This document shows positions 17,700 to 25,745 of a DNA stretch of 27,980 bases, one piece after another (the stretch's first letter is position 1; every line of letters starts with the position of its first letter). Both the position numbers and the translations under genes were made by a program. This stretch comes from a virus (Duplodnaviria > Caudoviricetes): positions 1-27,980 of the IMG/VR virus record IMGVR_UViG_3300020044_011154. The stretch is one strand, 5' to 3'. The notes below the pieces were generated by a model. That model was not told the origin of the DNA and ran no database searches. It saw only the letters and a list, made by a program, of their open reading frames with translations.

Positions 17700-18188
17700 T
17701 TAGCCTTTCGGAAATTCAGCGTCGAGGGCGTTTAGTACAGTCGTCGCGCCGTGTTTGATTAAGGCGACGGCGAACAGACCGGGGTTGAAGGAGAGGTTGC
17801 GCCCGTCGCGCTTAGTGACCTCCACTGACCATTGCTTCGCGGAGTCGGAGAAGAAGAGGGTTTTCACCTCATACTTATGCGCGTACCAGAAGTTCGGGAG
17901 GGACTTCACGACTTCTAAAACCCAATCAACCGTGTCTTCGGAAGGAAACTGAACCGGGTTACCCGGGGGTAGGTGGAGCAACTGCTGACTAACCGGCTGC
18001 TCGAAGGTGAAGTCGGAGATCGGAACATCCGTCTCCGGGTCAACGAACTTCTTCAACTCCGGCGCATACCAGAGCCCGTTGTATTCAAACTTCTCCAGCG
18101 GCGGCTTAACCGCGGGCTTTTCCTTCGCCTTCACAGGCTCCGGCTTCTTCTCTTCCACCTTCACGTCTTCCGGTTTCACAACGAACAT
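17700..18188 (-). CDS. Hypothetical protein, 162 aa, sharing the NPxQ...NxGL domain with the downstream gene
   Basis: AGGAG 9 nt before ATG 18188 and TAAAAT at 18214-18209 favour this start over GTG 18206. Confidence 0.7.
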   Translation of the reverse strand: MFVVKPEDVKVEEKKPEPVKAKEKPAVKPPLEKFEYNGLWYAPELKKFVDPETDVPISDFTFEQPVSQQLLHLPPGNPVQFPSEDTVDWVLEVVKSLPNFWYAHKYEVKTLFFSDSAKQWSVEVTKRDGRNLSFNPGLFAVALIKHGATTVLNALDAEFPKG

Positions 18189-18317
18189 CTGTATTAGCTC
18201 CTGCACCTATTTTAACTGGTGTCGGAACGCGGTAATAGACGGGGAGGGAGCGGCGTTTAAACGTGTCGACGGAGGCGAACCCGCGAGCCGGTTTTTGCGC
18301 CACGAACTCCTCCCAGG

Positions 18318-19028
18318 TCATATCCAGGGGAAGACGCCGGGGATTAGAGTGTTGGAGAAGCCGGGGACTAGCGAGGATTCTGGAGCGATGTTCGGATCGC
18401 CCATTTCGAAGCCTTCCGCCGCCGCCATGTCGTTGATCGAGCGGATTGCGAGGAGTTCTCGGTCGGCTACGTCTTTTGAACCTTGTGCGACCCCTGCCGC
18501 CCAGCGCATTACGGTTACCATGGTGGATAGGTGCCGGTCGTCGTAGGGGAGAAGTTGGGTGCCGAAGAGAGAGGAGGTTACTTTCGTCGGGTTTTTCTTA
18601 TACTCGCCAATGATAATCCATTCATGGCCGGAAGTGTTGTCTGGAGCGGGCCGGTCGAGTTTGAAGGCTTGGGTCGCGCCGTCGTAGGAGATATAAGTGG
18701 GGTAGTTTCGAATGTGTGTTTCCCGAAGATCCCGGCGGGTGTGAAGCTCGAACTTCTGCACTGGAATTACGGTAGGCCGCGCGAGAAATGCTTGGTTGAA
18801 GCCCTGGAAGTCGGGCGGAACGGCTACTTCGGGGGCTCCATAATACTGCTGCTGCGGGACAAGGCCAAACGGGGGTAGGATAGCCAACGACTGCCGCCAG
18901 TTGTACGAGTTCCAAATCTTCTCGTTCATCATGTTACAGATCGCGACCGCTTTGTTATCCTCCTCGGACATACCGAGAGAGCCGCGGATCATGTTGAAGA
19001 TGTCGATGTACCTGTAGGTGATAGCCAT
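18318..19028 (-). CDS. Putative head-tail adaptor / ring protein (paralogue B)
   Basis: About 235 aa; N-terminal helices ending W..WR, then P.DF, YKK, YDD; position upstream of the nozzle gene. Confidence 0.6.
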   Translation of the reverse strand: MAITYRYIDIFNMIRGSLGMSEEDNKAVAICNMMNEKIWNSYNWRQSLAILPPFGLVPQQQYYGAPEVAVPPDFQGFNQAFLARPTVIPVQKFELHTRRDLRETHIRNYPTYISYDGATQAFKLDRPAPDNTSGHEWIIIGEYKKNPTKVTSSLFGTQLLPYDDRHLSTMVTVMRWAAGVAQGSKDVADRELLAIRSINDMAAAEGFEMGDPNIAPESSLVPGFSNTLIPGVFPWI

Positions 19029-19729
19029 TACTTACCCTTCTTCGCGGTGTCGACCGGGGGAGACGGCTGGATTAGCATGGGCTCGGTTTCTCGCATATGC
19101 TTAATGTTCGCCTCGAAAACGCCCCGCTGGCCGGTGAAAGTCGCCTGCCCGCCTTCGGTGTACTGAACGCCGCCTGCGCGTCCGTCGTCGGCGAAGAGAT
19201 ACGCTTGGTAGAGGACGGCGCTTACGAAGACATGAAACCACTCGTCGTCGAATACCTGGACGCCCGCGGTGTGGGAGTTTTCCGCGGTGATGACCGGGCA
19301 GGTTTTCTTATAAAGCGAAATCAACTGGGTTCCGGAGGTTACGGTCGCCCCGGGCTTCGGAGACACCCGAACGGTGTTAGCCGCGGGGTGAGTCATTTGC
19401 GTGGGGAGAGCCGAAACCCGTTTCACCGACGAGTGAATGTGAGCCACCGCATCAATATCCCGGCCTACATCGGAGTCACCGGCTGAAATGTAAGCCGACC
19501 CCGGAACTAACATCAAGAAGTCCGCCGGATCAACGACCGTGTAGTTAACCCGGGAGGCTTCGAGAGTAACAACTGGAAAGTCACCTAAAGTCCACCGCCA
19601 CGGAGCCGCCATCCAGAACATCTTCATGGCGTTGTCGAGGATGAGCGGGCCTGCTTCTTCCAAGGGCATTAGCTTAATAAACGCCTTGGAGAAGTTGAAT
19701 GCGTCGATGGGGCAGTAGGTGGAGGCCAT
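19028..19729 (-). CDS. Putative head-tail adaptor / ring protein (paralogue A)
   Basis: Aligns by eye to 18318..19028 over its full length. Confidence 0.6.
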   Translation of the reverse strand: MASTYCPIDAFNFSKAFIKLMPLEEAGPLILDNAMKMFWMAAPWRWTLGDFPVVTLEASRVNYTVVDPADFLMLVPGSAYISAGDSDVGRDIDAVAHIHSSVKRVSALPTQMTHPAANTVRVSPKPGATVTSGTQLISLYKKTCPVITAENSHTAGVQVFDDEWFHVFVSAVLYQAYLFADDGRAGGVQYTEGGQATFTGQRGVFEANIKHMRETEPMLIQPSPPVDTAKKGK

Positions 19730-19731
19730 TT

Positions 19732-20169
19732 TTAGAAGTCCGGACCGCCGACGGTCGACGGGTCAGGTCGCAGGTGCATCGGGAGACCGCCGGTCATCGG
19801 GTCGACTCCGGTGAACTCTTTCTGGCAGTTCTGACACAGCCAGTGGTAGACGCGCTTGGAGTCACGCTGGCCGACGACCGCCGTCTTACCGTTTTCCTTC
19901 AGGTGCGGGCAGTTATCCTGCGCATACTTCCGGCCCGCCTTGCCAATCTCCAACTGCTTAACCGTGGAGAGCCGAAGAGCCTGACCTTCAGCCTTCTTCG
20001 TCGCCTGGACATCCAGGGCTTCCTGCTGAAGCGCCAACTGCTGCTCCAACTGCTGAATCTGAAGAAGTTCGCGGCGTTTCTGAAGCTCGGCTAGCTCAGG
20101 GTCGTAAGACCCGTTCACCGGGGGTTTAACCGGGGCCGACGAGATGTTGATTTGATTTTTGTCCGACAT
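19732..20169 (-). CDS. Coiled-coil plus zinc-ribbon protein, 145 aa
   Basis: Q/L/E heptads followed by CPH...CQNC; TAGAAT 6 nt before the ATG. Confidence 0.7.
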   Translation of the reverse strand: MSDKNQINISSAPVKPPVNGSYDPELAELQKRRELLQIQQLEQQLALQQEALDVQATKKAEGQALRLSTVKQLEIGKAGRKYAQDNCPHLKENGKTAVVGQRDSKRVYHWLCQNCQKEFTGVDPMTGGLPMHLRPDPSTVGGPDF

Positions 20170-20173
20170 ACGC

Positions 20174-20626
20174 CTATTCTACCTTGTTGAAAGAAAACCC
20201 CGTAGCCGCTTCCAGATCGTCCCATTTCCCCGACCAGCCGACGGTGCCGCCCATGCGTGAGTAGGCCCAACGGGCGGGTTTAGAGCGCGCGTCGACGTGG
20301 ATGTAGTTCTGCCAGGGGTTCACGCCGATGCCTTTTAACTCGGGGTGTTGGAGGACGGCGTTGAACAGAGCTTTTAGGGGAAGCGACGGGCAAACGATAT
20401 CAGCCGCGATTCCATACGTGTGCGCGGAGAAGGACCCCGGGGGCTTCGATCTCTCAACCGGATGAGCCGCGCATCGGAAGCCAGAGTTGATTATCAAAGG
20501 CCGGGAGAGTTCGTCTCTCAGCTTCTGGATAATCCGAACAAACGACATCTCCGCGCGGCACACACCGCAGTGTTTGCAGGAGAACTCATCGACCGAGAAG
20601 TTGGGTGTCAGCATCTTCTTCGTCAC
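20174..20626 (-). CDS. Peptidase M15A-family (Peptidase_M15_3) endolysin
   Basis: NFSVDEFSC, INSGFRC..H, SAH..G.AADI, GIG....YIHVDAR. Confidence 0.88.
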   Translation of the reverse strand: MTKKMLTPNFSVDEFSCKHCGVCRAEMSFVRIIQKLRDELSRPLIINSGFRCAAHPVERSKPPGSFSAHTYGIAADIVCPSLPLKALFNAVLQHPELKGIGVNPWQNYIHVDARSKPARWAYSRMGGTVGWSGKWDDLEAATGFSFNKVE

Positions 20627-21288
20627 GCAGGCGTCCCTTCGATATCCGTGCGTTTGCCTGTATGAACCGCCCAGCCGCGCGAGGAGCCGCAGCCGAAGGT
20701 CGTTTCGACTTGGTCCAGGTCGAGTTCGCCCGCTTCGAGGAGATACAGAAGAACCGTCCGATACCCGCGTTTAACCTCCGACCAGGGGAGTTCGACCGCT
20801 TCTTCATGAGGCCGAAGACCGTCGAATTTAAACTCACCTGCTTCGTCATCCCAGTGAGAGGTCGGGAAGTCGGCTCTCTCCAAATGATGATGAAGGTGCC
20901 CGCCGCGGGTCGTGAGAGTGTTGTCCGAATTCTGCACTACCTCGGTCTTCCGCGCCCGTAACGAATACTCCGGCAACCAGTTACTCTCGTAAACGCAAAT
21001 CGGAATAGCCGTACCCCGGCGCTCGACAAAGACCACCCGCTTATCCGGTTTCGCCGGAAGAGTGCGGAAACGAAGTCGACCGTTTAAACGCGCGACCTTC
21101 TTTTCGAACTCGTCCGTGTTCATCCCGGTGGCTAGCCGCGCAGCCGAAGTCGGGTCATCGGCGGAGTCAATCCACACGGCTTGACTGAGAGTGGCTTCTT
21201 TGTGCTTTTCGAGACGTTCGAAATACTGGTCGATCAGAGCCTCCTCCGCCAACCGATCCAACGCCGCTTCATCACGTACAATCATCAT
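20623..21288 (-). CDS. Hypothetical protein, 221 aa
   Basis: 4-nt overlaps with both neighbours; no recognised motif. Confidence 0.7.
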   Translation of the reverse strand: MMIVRDEAALDRLAEEALIDQYFERLEKHKEATLSQAVWIDSADDPTSAARLATGMNTDEFEKKVARLNGRLRFRTLPAKPDKRVVFVERRGTAIPICVYESNWLPEYSLRARKTEVVQNSDNTLTTRGGHLHHHLERADFPTSHWDDEAGEFKFDGLRPHEEAVELPWSEVKRGYRTVLLYLLEAGELDLDQVETTFGCGSSRGWAVHTGKRTDIEGTPA

Positions 21289-21521
21289 TTCCCTTTCGTC
21301 AAGGTGCCGTTTAGCTCCGCTACAACTAAGCGTAACTGCGTAAGCTCCTTTGTCAGATCCTGAATCGCGGCGTCATGACGAAGCACGATCACCTGCAATT
21401 CCGAAACCTGCTGTGATTTTACACCATATCCAAAAGCCAGAGACCCGCAGAGTGACAGTGCGGCAACAACTCCTGCGAGAAACTCTCGGGGTGTTATTTG
21501 AATCTCGTCGGCGAATGACAA
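21285..21521 (-). CDS. Single-TM plus coiled-coil protein, possible holin/lysis accessory
   Basis: FLAGVVAALSLCGSLAFGYGV hydrophobic segment; AAGGAG 10 nt before the TTG; two genes upstream of the endolysin. Confidence 0.55.
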   Translation of the reverse strand: MSFADEIQITPREFLAGVVAALSLCGSLAFGYGVKSQQVSELQVIVLRHDAAIQDLTKELTQLRLVVAELNGTLTKGK

Positions 21522-21536
21522 TTTACATGTTCTCCT

Positions 21537-23717
21537 TTAAGGGCAAGTGGTGGATGTGATTAAACCGCCGGAAACAACGAGGTTACAAGCCCCCGCATCG
21601 TCCCCGCGGCGGACAGAAATGGTTCCGGTTAGTCCATTATTCCCGCTCGGCGCAGTTATTGTACCCGAGGCATTCAGGTTGACCGTGAAAACAGTACTCG
21701 GGCGGTTTCCGGTGGTTCCGAAGGAGTAGGTGTTATGAGCCTCCGGACGAAACGCGCCCCCAGCCTCTAAACGCCAGCGCCCGCTTCCGTTTGACTGGAA
21801 CAAGAAGTCGTGGTTAGATTGAGTTCCGACGACTCCGAAGGTAGAGGTCATGTAGAACTGCGCGATTCCGGCTAAGGTGGCGTCTTGTATCAGGATATTC
21901 GACGTCGAATCCTTACCCACAATCTTCAACTCCGTACTCGTATCCGGCGCGACATTCACACCTAGGAACTCGTTAATCCGCGCGCCGTTAGTCGTTTTCG
22001 TCCAGGGCACGGTGAGAGTCGTCGACGGCCCGTTATCGGTCACGCAAGCCGTGTCGTTTAGCGTACATTGGTTTGTCCCAATAGTCACGGTAGAGGCCCC
22101 TGAGCCGACAGAGATCGCGGTGTCGGAGCCTACAATTTGATTTCCGTCGATTAAAACCGTATTCGCCGCTTCCGCGCGAATGCCTACTACATTGATAGTC
22201 GAAGCCGGAGATTGAATATTATTCCCCAGGATGTTCAGGAAGTTCAGCCCGGAAGAGTTGATGTTGAAGGCGTAGAAGCCGTTAGTCGCAAACCAGTTGG
22301 AGACGAAGTTGTTCTGAATCTGGGCGTTTTGGAAAATCACCGGCCCGGCCCAGGTTATCGCCGAAGTCGTGTTCACGCCAGAGTCGAAGTTGTTCGAGAT
22401 AATCTGCGCCTGCGAAGTCGGCCCGACGTAGTAATTCGCCGCCGCGGAAGATCCGATGGCTGTCGAAGTCGTAATCTGTTGGTCGTTGTCGACGGAGAGG
22501 ATAACCGCGGTTAGCCCGTTTACGATGATTGAAGATCCCACCCATTCAGAGCGGAATTTGTTTCCAGAAACCCAGGTTACGGTGCTGCCGGAAGACGACG
22601 CGGTTCCGAACTTCAACTCTGCGTGAACCTGAGTCGTGTAGCCGTTAAAGTTGTTTTGTTTCACCTGCAAAGCCCCCGGGCCGTTCCACAAAACGCCGTA
22701 GGTGCAAGTGGATGAGCAAGATAGGATGTTGCCGGTGAAAAGCCCCGTCCCGGCGTCTCCGTTGTACAAACCCTCGAAGTGAACCCCGGCGGTCGCGGCA
22801 ATTGTGTTGATAAAGTGATTATCCTGAATAACCCAGCCAACGGTAACCGCGGAGTGAATCGCCTTGTCGAAGTTCGAAAACCAGTTATCCGAAATCTCCG
22901 CGCCGTAGGAGCCGCCGGTCGTCGTGTTCGAATAAATCGCCACTGTCCCCGTCTTCGAAGTCGCGTTGTTGAAATTACACCCCGACACTCGAATACCTGT
23001 CGCGGAGGCCGAGTTAAACACCTTCACATTATTCGCCATCGGCATGATGGTCGCGCCCAGGCCGTCACAGGCGACGTTAACCGCGCGGGTGCCGGTCAGG
23101 ACATCGGAGTAGACGTAGTAGGTACCTTTCCGAACGCGGACATTGACATGGCCGGAGTCGGAGGAGTAGAAGGCTTCCTGGAGGCCGGAGGAGGCCGAAG
23201 AAACCGCGGGGGTCGTGTAGGAGTTGACTAAGACGACCTGAACCGTGCCAGTAGCCGCGCCCACTGTGCAAGTTCCCACGCCGGTTGGGAAGGTGACTTC
23301 ACTTTTCGTCGCGTCATTTACGCGAATCGCCCAGGTGGTGTCAGCGGCGTTTATATGACACGGGCTTAGGGTTAAAGTCCTCGTCCCGGCGTTCACCGAG
23401 TTAACCGTTGTCGTCCAGTCGTAGTCGGAGGCTACAACACTGCCGGAGCAAGCGGCGAAGGACATGATGCCCGCCGAGGATACAGTCAGGCAGGTTCCGG
23501 TGTTTACCGGCAGGGCGGAGGGGAGTTGAAGGCGGAAGGACGATGCGATGTTCGCCGGAGCCTGCCAGCCGACGTAGTTTTGTCCGTTGGCGTACTTTTC
23601 ACGGAAGTCAATAACGCCCGTGTCAGAATCGTTCTGTTTTGGAACTATTGTGATTTTTGTAGAGGACTGGGCGTGTGCGGTAAGAGTAATAGCTACAACT
23701 AGCCAGGACAATCTCAT
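21537..23717 (-). CDS. Beta-helix (pectin-lyase-like) tailspike paralogue 2 with signal peptide, 726 aa
   Basis: MRLSWLVVAITLTAHA-QSS; fibre motif GQNYVGWQAP..LP; I..N.F and I.NN.I beta-helix rungs; C-terminal fibre-like NTYSFGTTGNR. Start reassigned from 23759 by alignment with the paralogue. Confidence 0.75.
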   Translation of the reverse strand: MRLSWLVVAITLTAHAQSSTKITIVPKQNDSDTGVIDFREKYANGQNYVGWQAPANIASSFRLQLPSALPVNTGTCLTVSSAGIMSFAACSGSVVASDYDWTTTVNSVNAGTRTLTLSPCHINAADTTWAIRVNDATKSEVTFPTGVGTCTVGAATGTVQVVLVNSYTTPAVSSASSGLQEAFYSSDSGHVNVRVRKGTYYVYSDVLTGTRAVNVACDGLGATIMPMANNVKVFNSASATGIRVSGCNFNNATSKTGTVAIYSNTTTGGSYGAEISDNWFSNFDKAIHSAVTVGWVIQDNHFINTIAATAGVHFEGLYNGDAGTGLFTGNILSCSSTCTYGVLWNGPGALQVKQNNFNGYTTQVHAELKFGTASSSGSTVTWVSGNKFRSEWVGSSIIVNGLTAVILSVDNDQQITTSTAIGSSAAANYYVGPTSQAQIISNNFDSGVNTTSAITWAGPVIFQNAQIQNNFVSNWFATNGFYAFNINSSGLNFLNILGNNIQSPASTINVVGIRAEAANTVLIDGNQIVGSDTAISVGSGASTVTIGTNQCTLNDTACVTDNGPSTTLTVPWTKTTNGARINEFLGVNVAPDTSTELKIVGKDSTSNILIQDATLAGIAQFYMTSTFGVVGTQSNHDFLFQSNGSGRWRLEAGGAFRPEAHNTYSFGTTGNRPSTVFTVNLNASGTITAPSGNNGLTGTISVRRGDDAGACNLVVSGGLITSTTCP

Positions 23718-23760
23718 GACTTTATTATCGCCTACGCAGTATTTTTCTTGCGTGCCCATG

Positions 23761-23817
23761 TTAATTTTGCGGGGTTACGTTGATTTCATCAGCGAATGAC
23801 AAATTACATAATCTCCT
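23761..23817 (-). pseudogene. Truncated duplicate of the RBS and first 13 codons of the 78-aa holin-like gene
   Basis: AAGGAGattATGTAAtTTG-SFADEINVTPQN* versus AAGGAGaacATGTAAaTTG-SFADEIQITPRE at 21537-21483. Confidence 0.7.
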
Positions 23818-23846
23818 TTTTGTTAAAGATTGCGACATTTGAACTT

Positions 23847-25745
23847 CTATGGCGTACCGGCTGAACAAACCCAGGAGCCGTTGACACGGGACGCAATAGC
23901 CCCGGTACCCGGCGTGGCGCAGGTCGAGGAGCAGTTGGAACAGTATAGCCGAGAACCGTTTTGTCCGTTTAAAGCCGACAACTCCGCGTAAGTTACGGAG
24001 AGAGAGTCGAATATCTCAGCCGTTAGATCAGTGGAGGTTAGACACGTAGTTCCGATGAGAATACACTGGTTTCCACTGACTTTCGGATACAAAGTAGTCG
24101 TCTCAATCGAAATCCCCGTCCCGGAGCCCGCGATTTGATTATTCTGAATCGCATACGTGTACCCGGAACGGATTCGGATTCCGTAAGTCGAAGTCCCCCC
24201 GGCGCTTTGGATTTGGTTGTTTCTGATACCGAAGAAGTTGAGGTTCGTGCCCGTTTCAACAGTAATCGCTTGGTGACTATTAACGCCGAACCAGTTGGAG
24301 AAAAAGTTGGATTCAAACTGAGCGTTCTGAAAAGTCACCCCGCCGGTCCAGCGGATTCCATATACCGTGTTAACCCCGGCGTCGAAGTTATTCGAAATGA
24401 TGGAGACCTGAGAGGAGCTGCTGATGTAGTAGTCCGTCGCTCCAAGTACCCCGATAGGTGCGGTGGTTTTGATCTCTGTGTCGCTCTCCACTGAGGAGAT
24501 GGTACGCGCCGTGCTACCTACATAGATTGTGGTTCCGACCCAGTTTGTGCGGAACTTATTCCCGGAAGCCCAGGTTATGGTTGACCCCGAGGAGGTTACA
24601 GTTCCGAAGGCGGGCTGAAGGTGGGCTTGGGTGGTGTATCCGTTGAAGTTGTTTAGCTTTAATTGAAGTGCCCCCGGCCCGTTCCACAATAACCCGTAGG
24701 TACAGGTGTCCGAGCACGTCATGATGTTGCCCGCAATCAACCCGGTGCCCTGGTCGCCGTTATTCAAAGACTCCGTGTGAATCGCCGCGGTGGCAGGATA
24801 GCCTGGCAGGTTCAAAATATGGTTGTTCAGAATATGCCAGCCGTTTGTCGTTACCGAGTGAATCGCTTTATCAAAGTTTACGAACCAGTTATTTTCAATA
24901 CGCCCCGCAAATGCCCCGCCGCTGGCAGGTCCATCAGCGCTGTTCGAATAAATCGCCGTGACTCCGGTCTTCGAATCGTCGTTTCTAAACGTACACGTAC
25001 TTACCTGAGGTCCGGTGCCAGCACGGGAATCGAGGAGTTTGATGTTATTACTCTTCGCTGAGAAGATAGCCCCGAGAGATGCACAGGACAAAGTCACAGG
25101 CCGCGTCCCGCCGCTGACCGTCGCATAAATGTTGTACTGCCCCGACGGAACCACAACCGCCACCTTTGCGCCATTCGCCACCGAATAAAGTGCTTCCTGT
25201 AAACCCGACGACGCACTCGACGCGGTCCAGGCTCCTGTATGAGTATTCGCCGCGGTAAACTGAACCGTCCCTGAAGTCGCGCCGCTTGTGCAAGTCCCGC
25301 CGGTAATAAGAACCGCTTCCGCCGTACCTGTGCCGCCGCTTAGATAAATGTAGTGATCTGAGTTCGACCCGCTTACATTAGTCGGACACGGAGTCAGAGT
25401 AATCGTATTCGCCCCGATGCTGATGGAGCCCCCGGGAGACCGGCTCCAGTTATAATCCGGAAGGTAGATCACAGAGGGACACGCGGCCCATGACCAGCGC
25501 CCAGAGCCGTTAGTCGAAAGGCACTGGCCGCTAATGCCGTCGGTGGAAGGTAGTGTCCAAGTTACGTCGCTTGGAATGGAGTTCGGCGCGCGAAGGGTTA
25601 CGGTATTCTGGCCGTTTTGATACAGTTCACGGAAACTGAGAACGCCTGTGGCAGAATCGTTCTGTCGTGGAACTATTGTGACTTTTGTAGAGGATTGGGC
25701 GTGGGTGTAGGCGGCGAGGAGAAGGAGGAGCGCGAATTTACGCAT
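23847..25745 (-). CDS. Beta-helix tailspike paralogue 1 with signal peptide, 632 aa
   Basis: MRKFALLLLLAAYTHA-QSS; fibre motif TLRAP..TWTLPSTDG.SGQ.LSTNGSG..SW; beta-helix rungs; Cys-rich C-terminal tip. Confidence 0.8.
   Translation of the reverse strand: MRKFALLLLLAAYTHAQSSTKVTIVPRQNDSATGVLSFRELYQNGQNTVTLRAPNSIPSDVTWTLPSTDGISGQCLSTNGSGRWSWAACPSVIYLPDYNWSRSPGGSISIGANTITLTPCPTNVSGSNSDHYIYLSGGTGTAEAVLITGGTCTSGATSGTVQFTAANTHTGAWTASSASSGLQEALYSVANGAKVAVVVPSGQYNIYATVSGGTRPVTLSCASLGAIFSAKSNNIKLLDSRAGTGPQVSTCTFRNDDSKTGVTAIYSNSADGPASGGAFAGRIENNWFVNFDKAIHSVTTNGWHILNNHILNLPGYPATAAIHTESLNNGDQGTGLIAGNIMTCSDTCTYGLLWNGPGALQLKLNNFNGYTTQAHLQPAFGTVTSSGSTITWASGNKFRTNWVGTTIYVGSTARTISSVESDTEIKTTAPIGVLGATDYYISSSSQVSIISNNFDAGVNTVYGIRWTGGVTFQNAQFESNFFSNWFGVNSHQAITVETGTNLNFFGIRNNQIQSAGGTSTYGIRIRSGYTYAIQNNQIAGSGTGISIETTTLYPKVSGNQCILIGTTCLTSTDLTAEIFDSLSVTYAELSALNGQNGSRLYCSNCSSTCATPGTGAIASRVNGSWVCSAGTP

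Noticed and set aside
18106-18321. 71-aa minus-strand ORF starting with an ATGA overlap
   Set aside because: The coupling is suggestive, but it overlaps the next gene by more than 80 nt and spans that gene's putative promoter and RBS; left uncalled.
23718-23759. 14-aa N-terminal extension of spike 2 given in the ORF track
   Set aside because: Alignment with the paralogue and the signal-peptide architecture point to ATG 23717 as the start.
22600-24900. Diversity-generating retroelement TR/VR pair in the similar spike segments
   Set aside because: In the segments inspected, differences are mostly at synonymous third positions rather than adenine-specific, both copies lie in full ORFs, and no reverse transcriptase is present.
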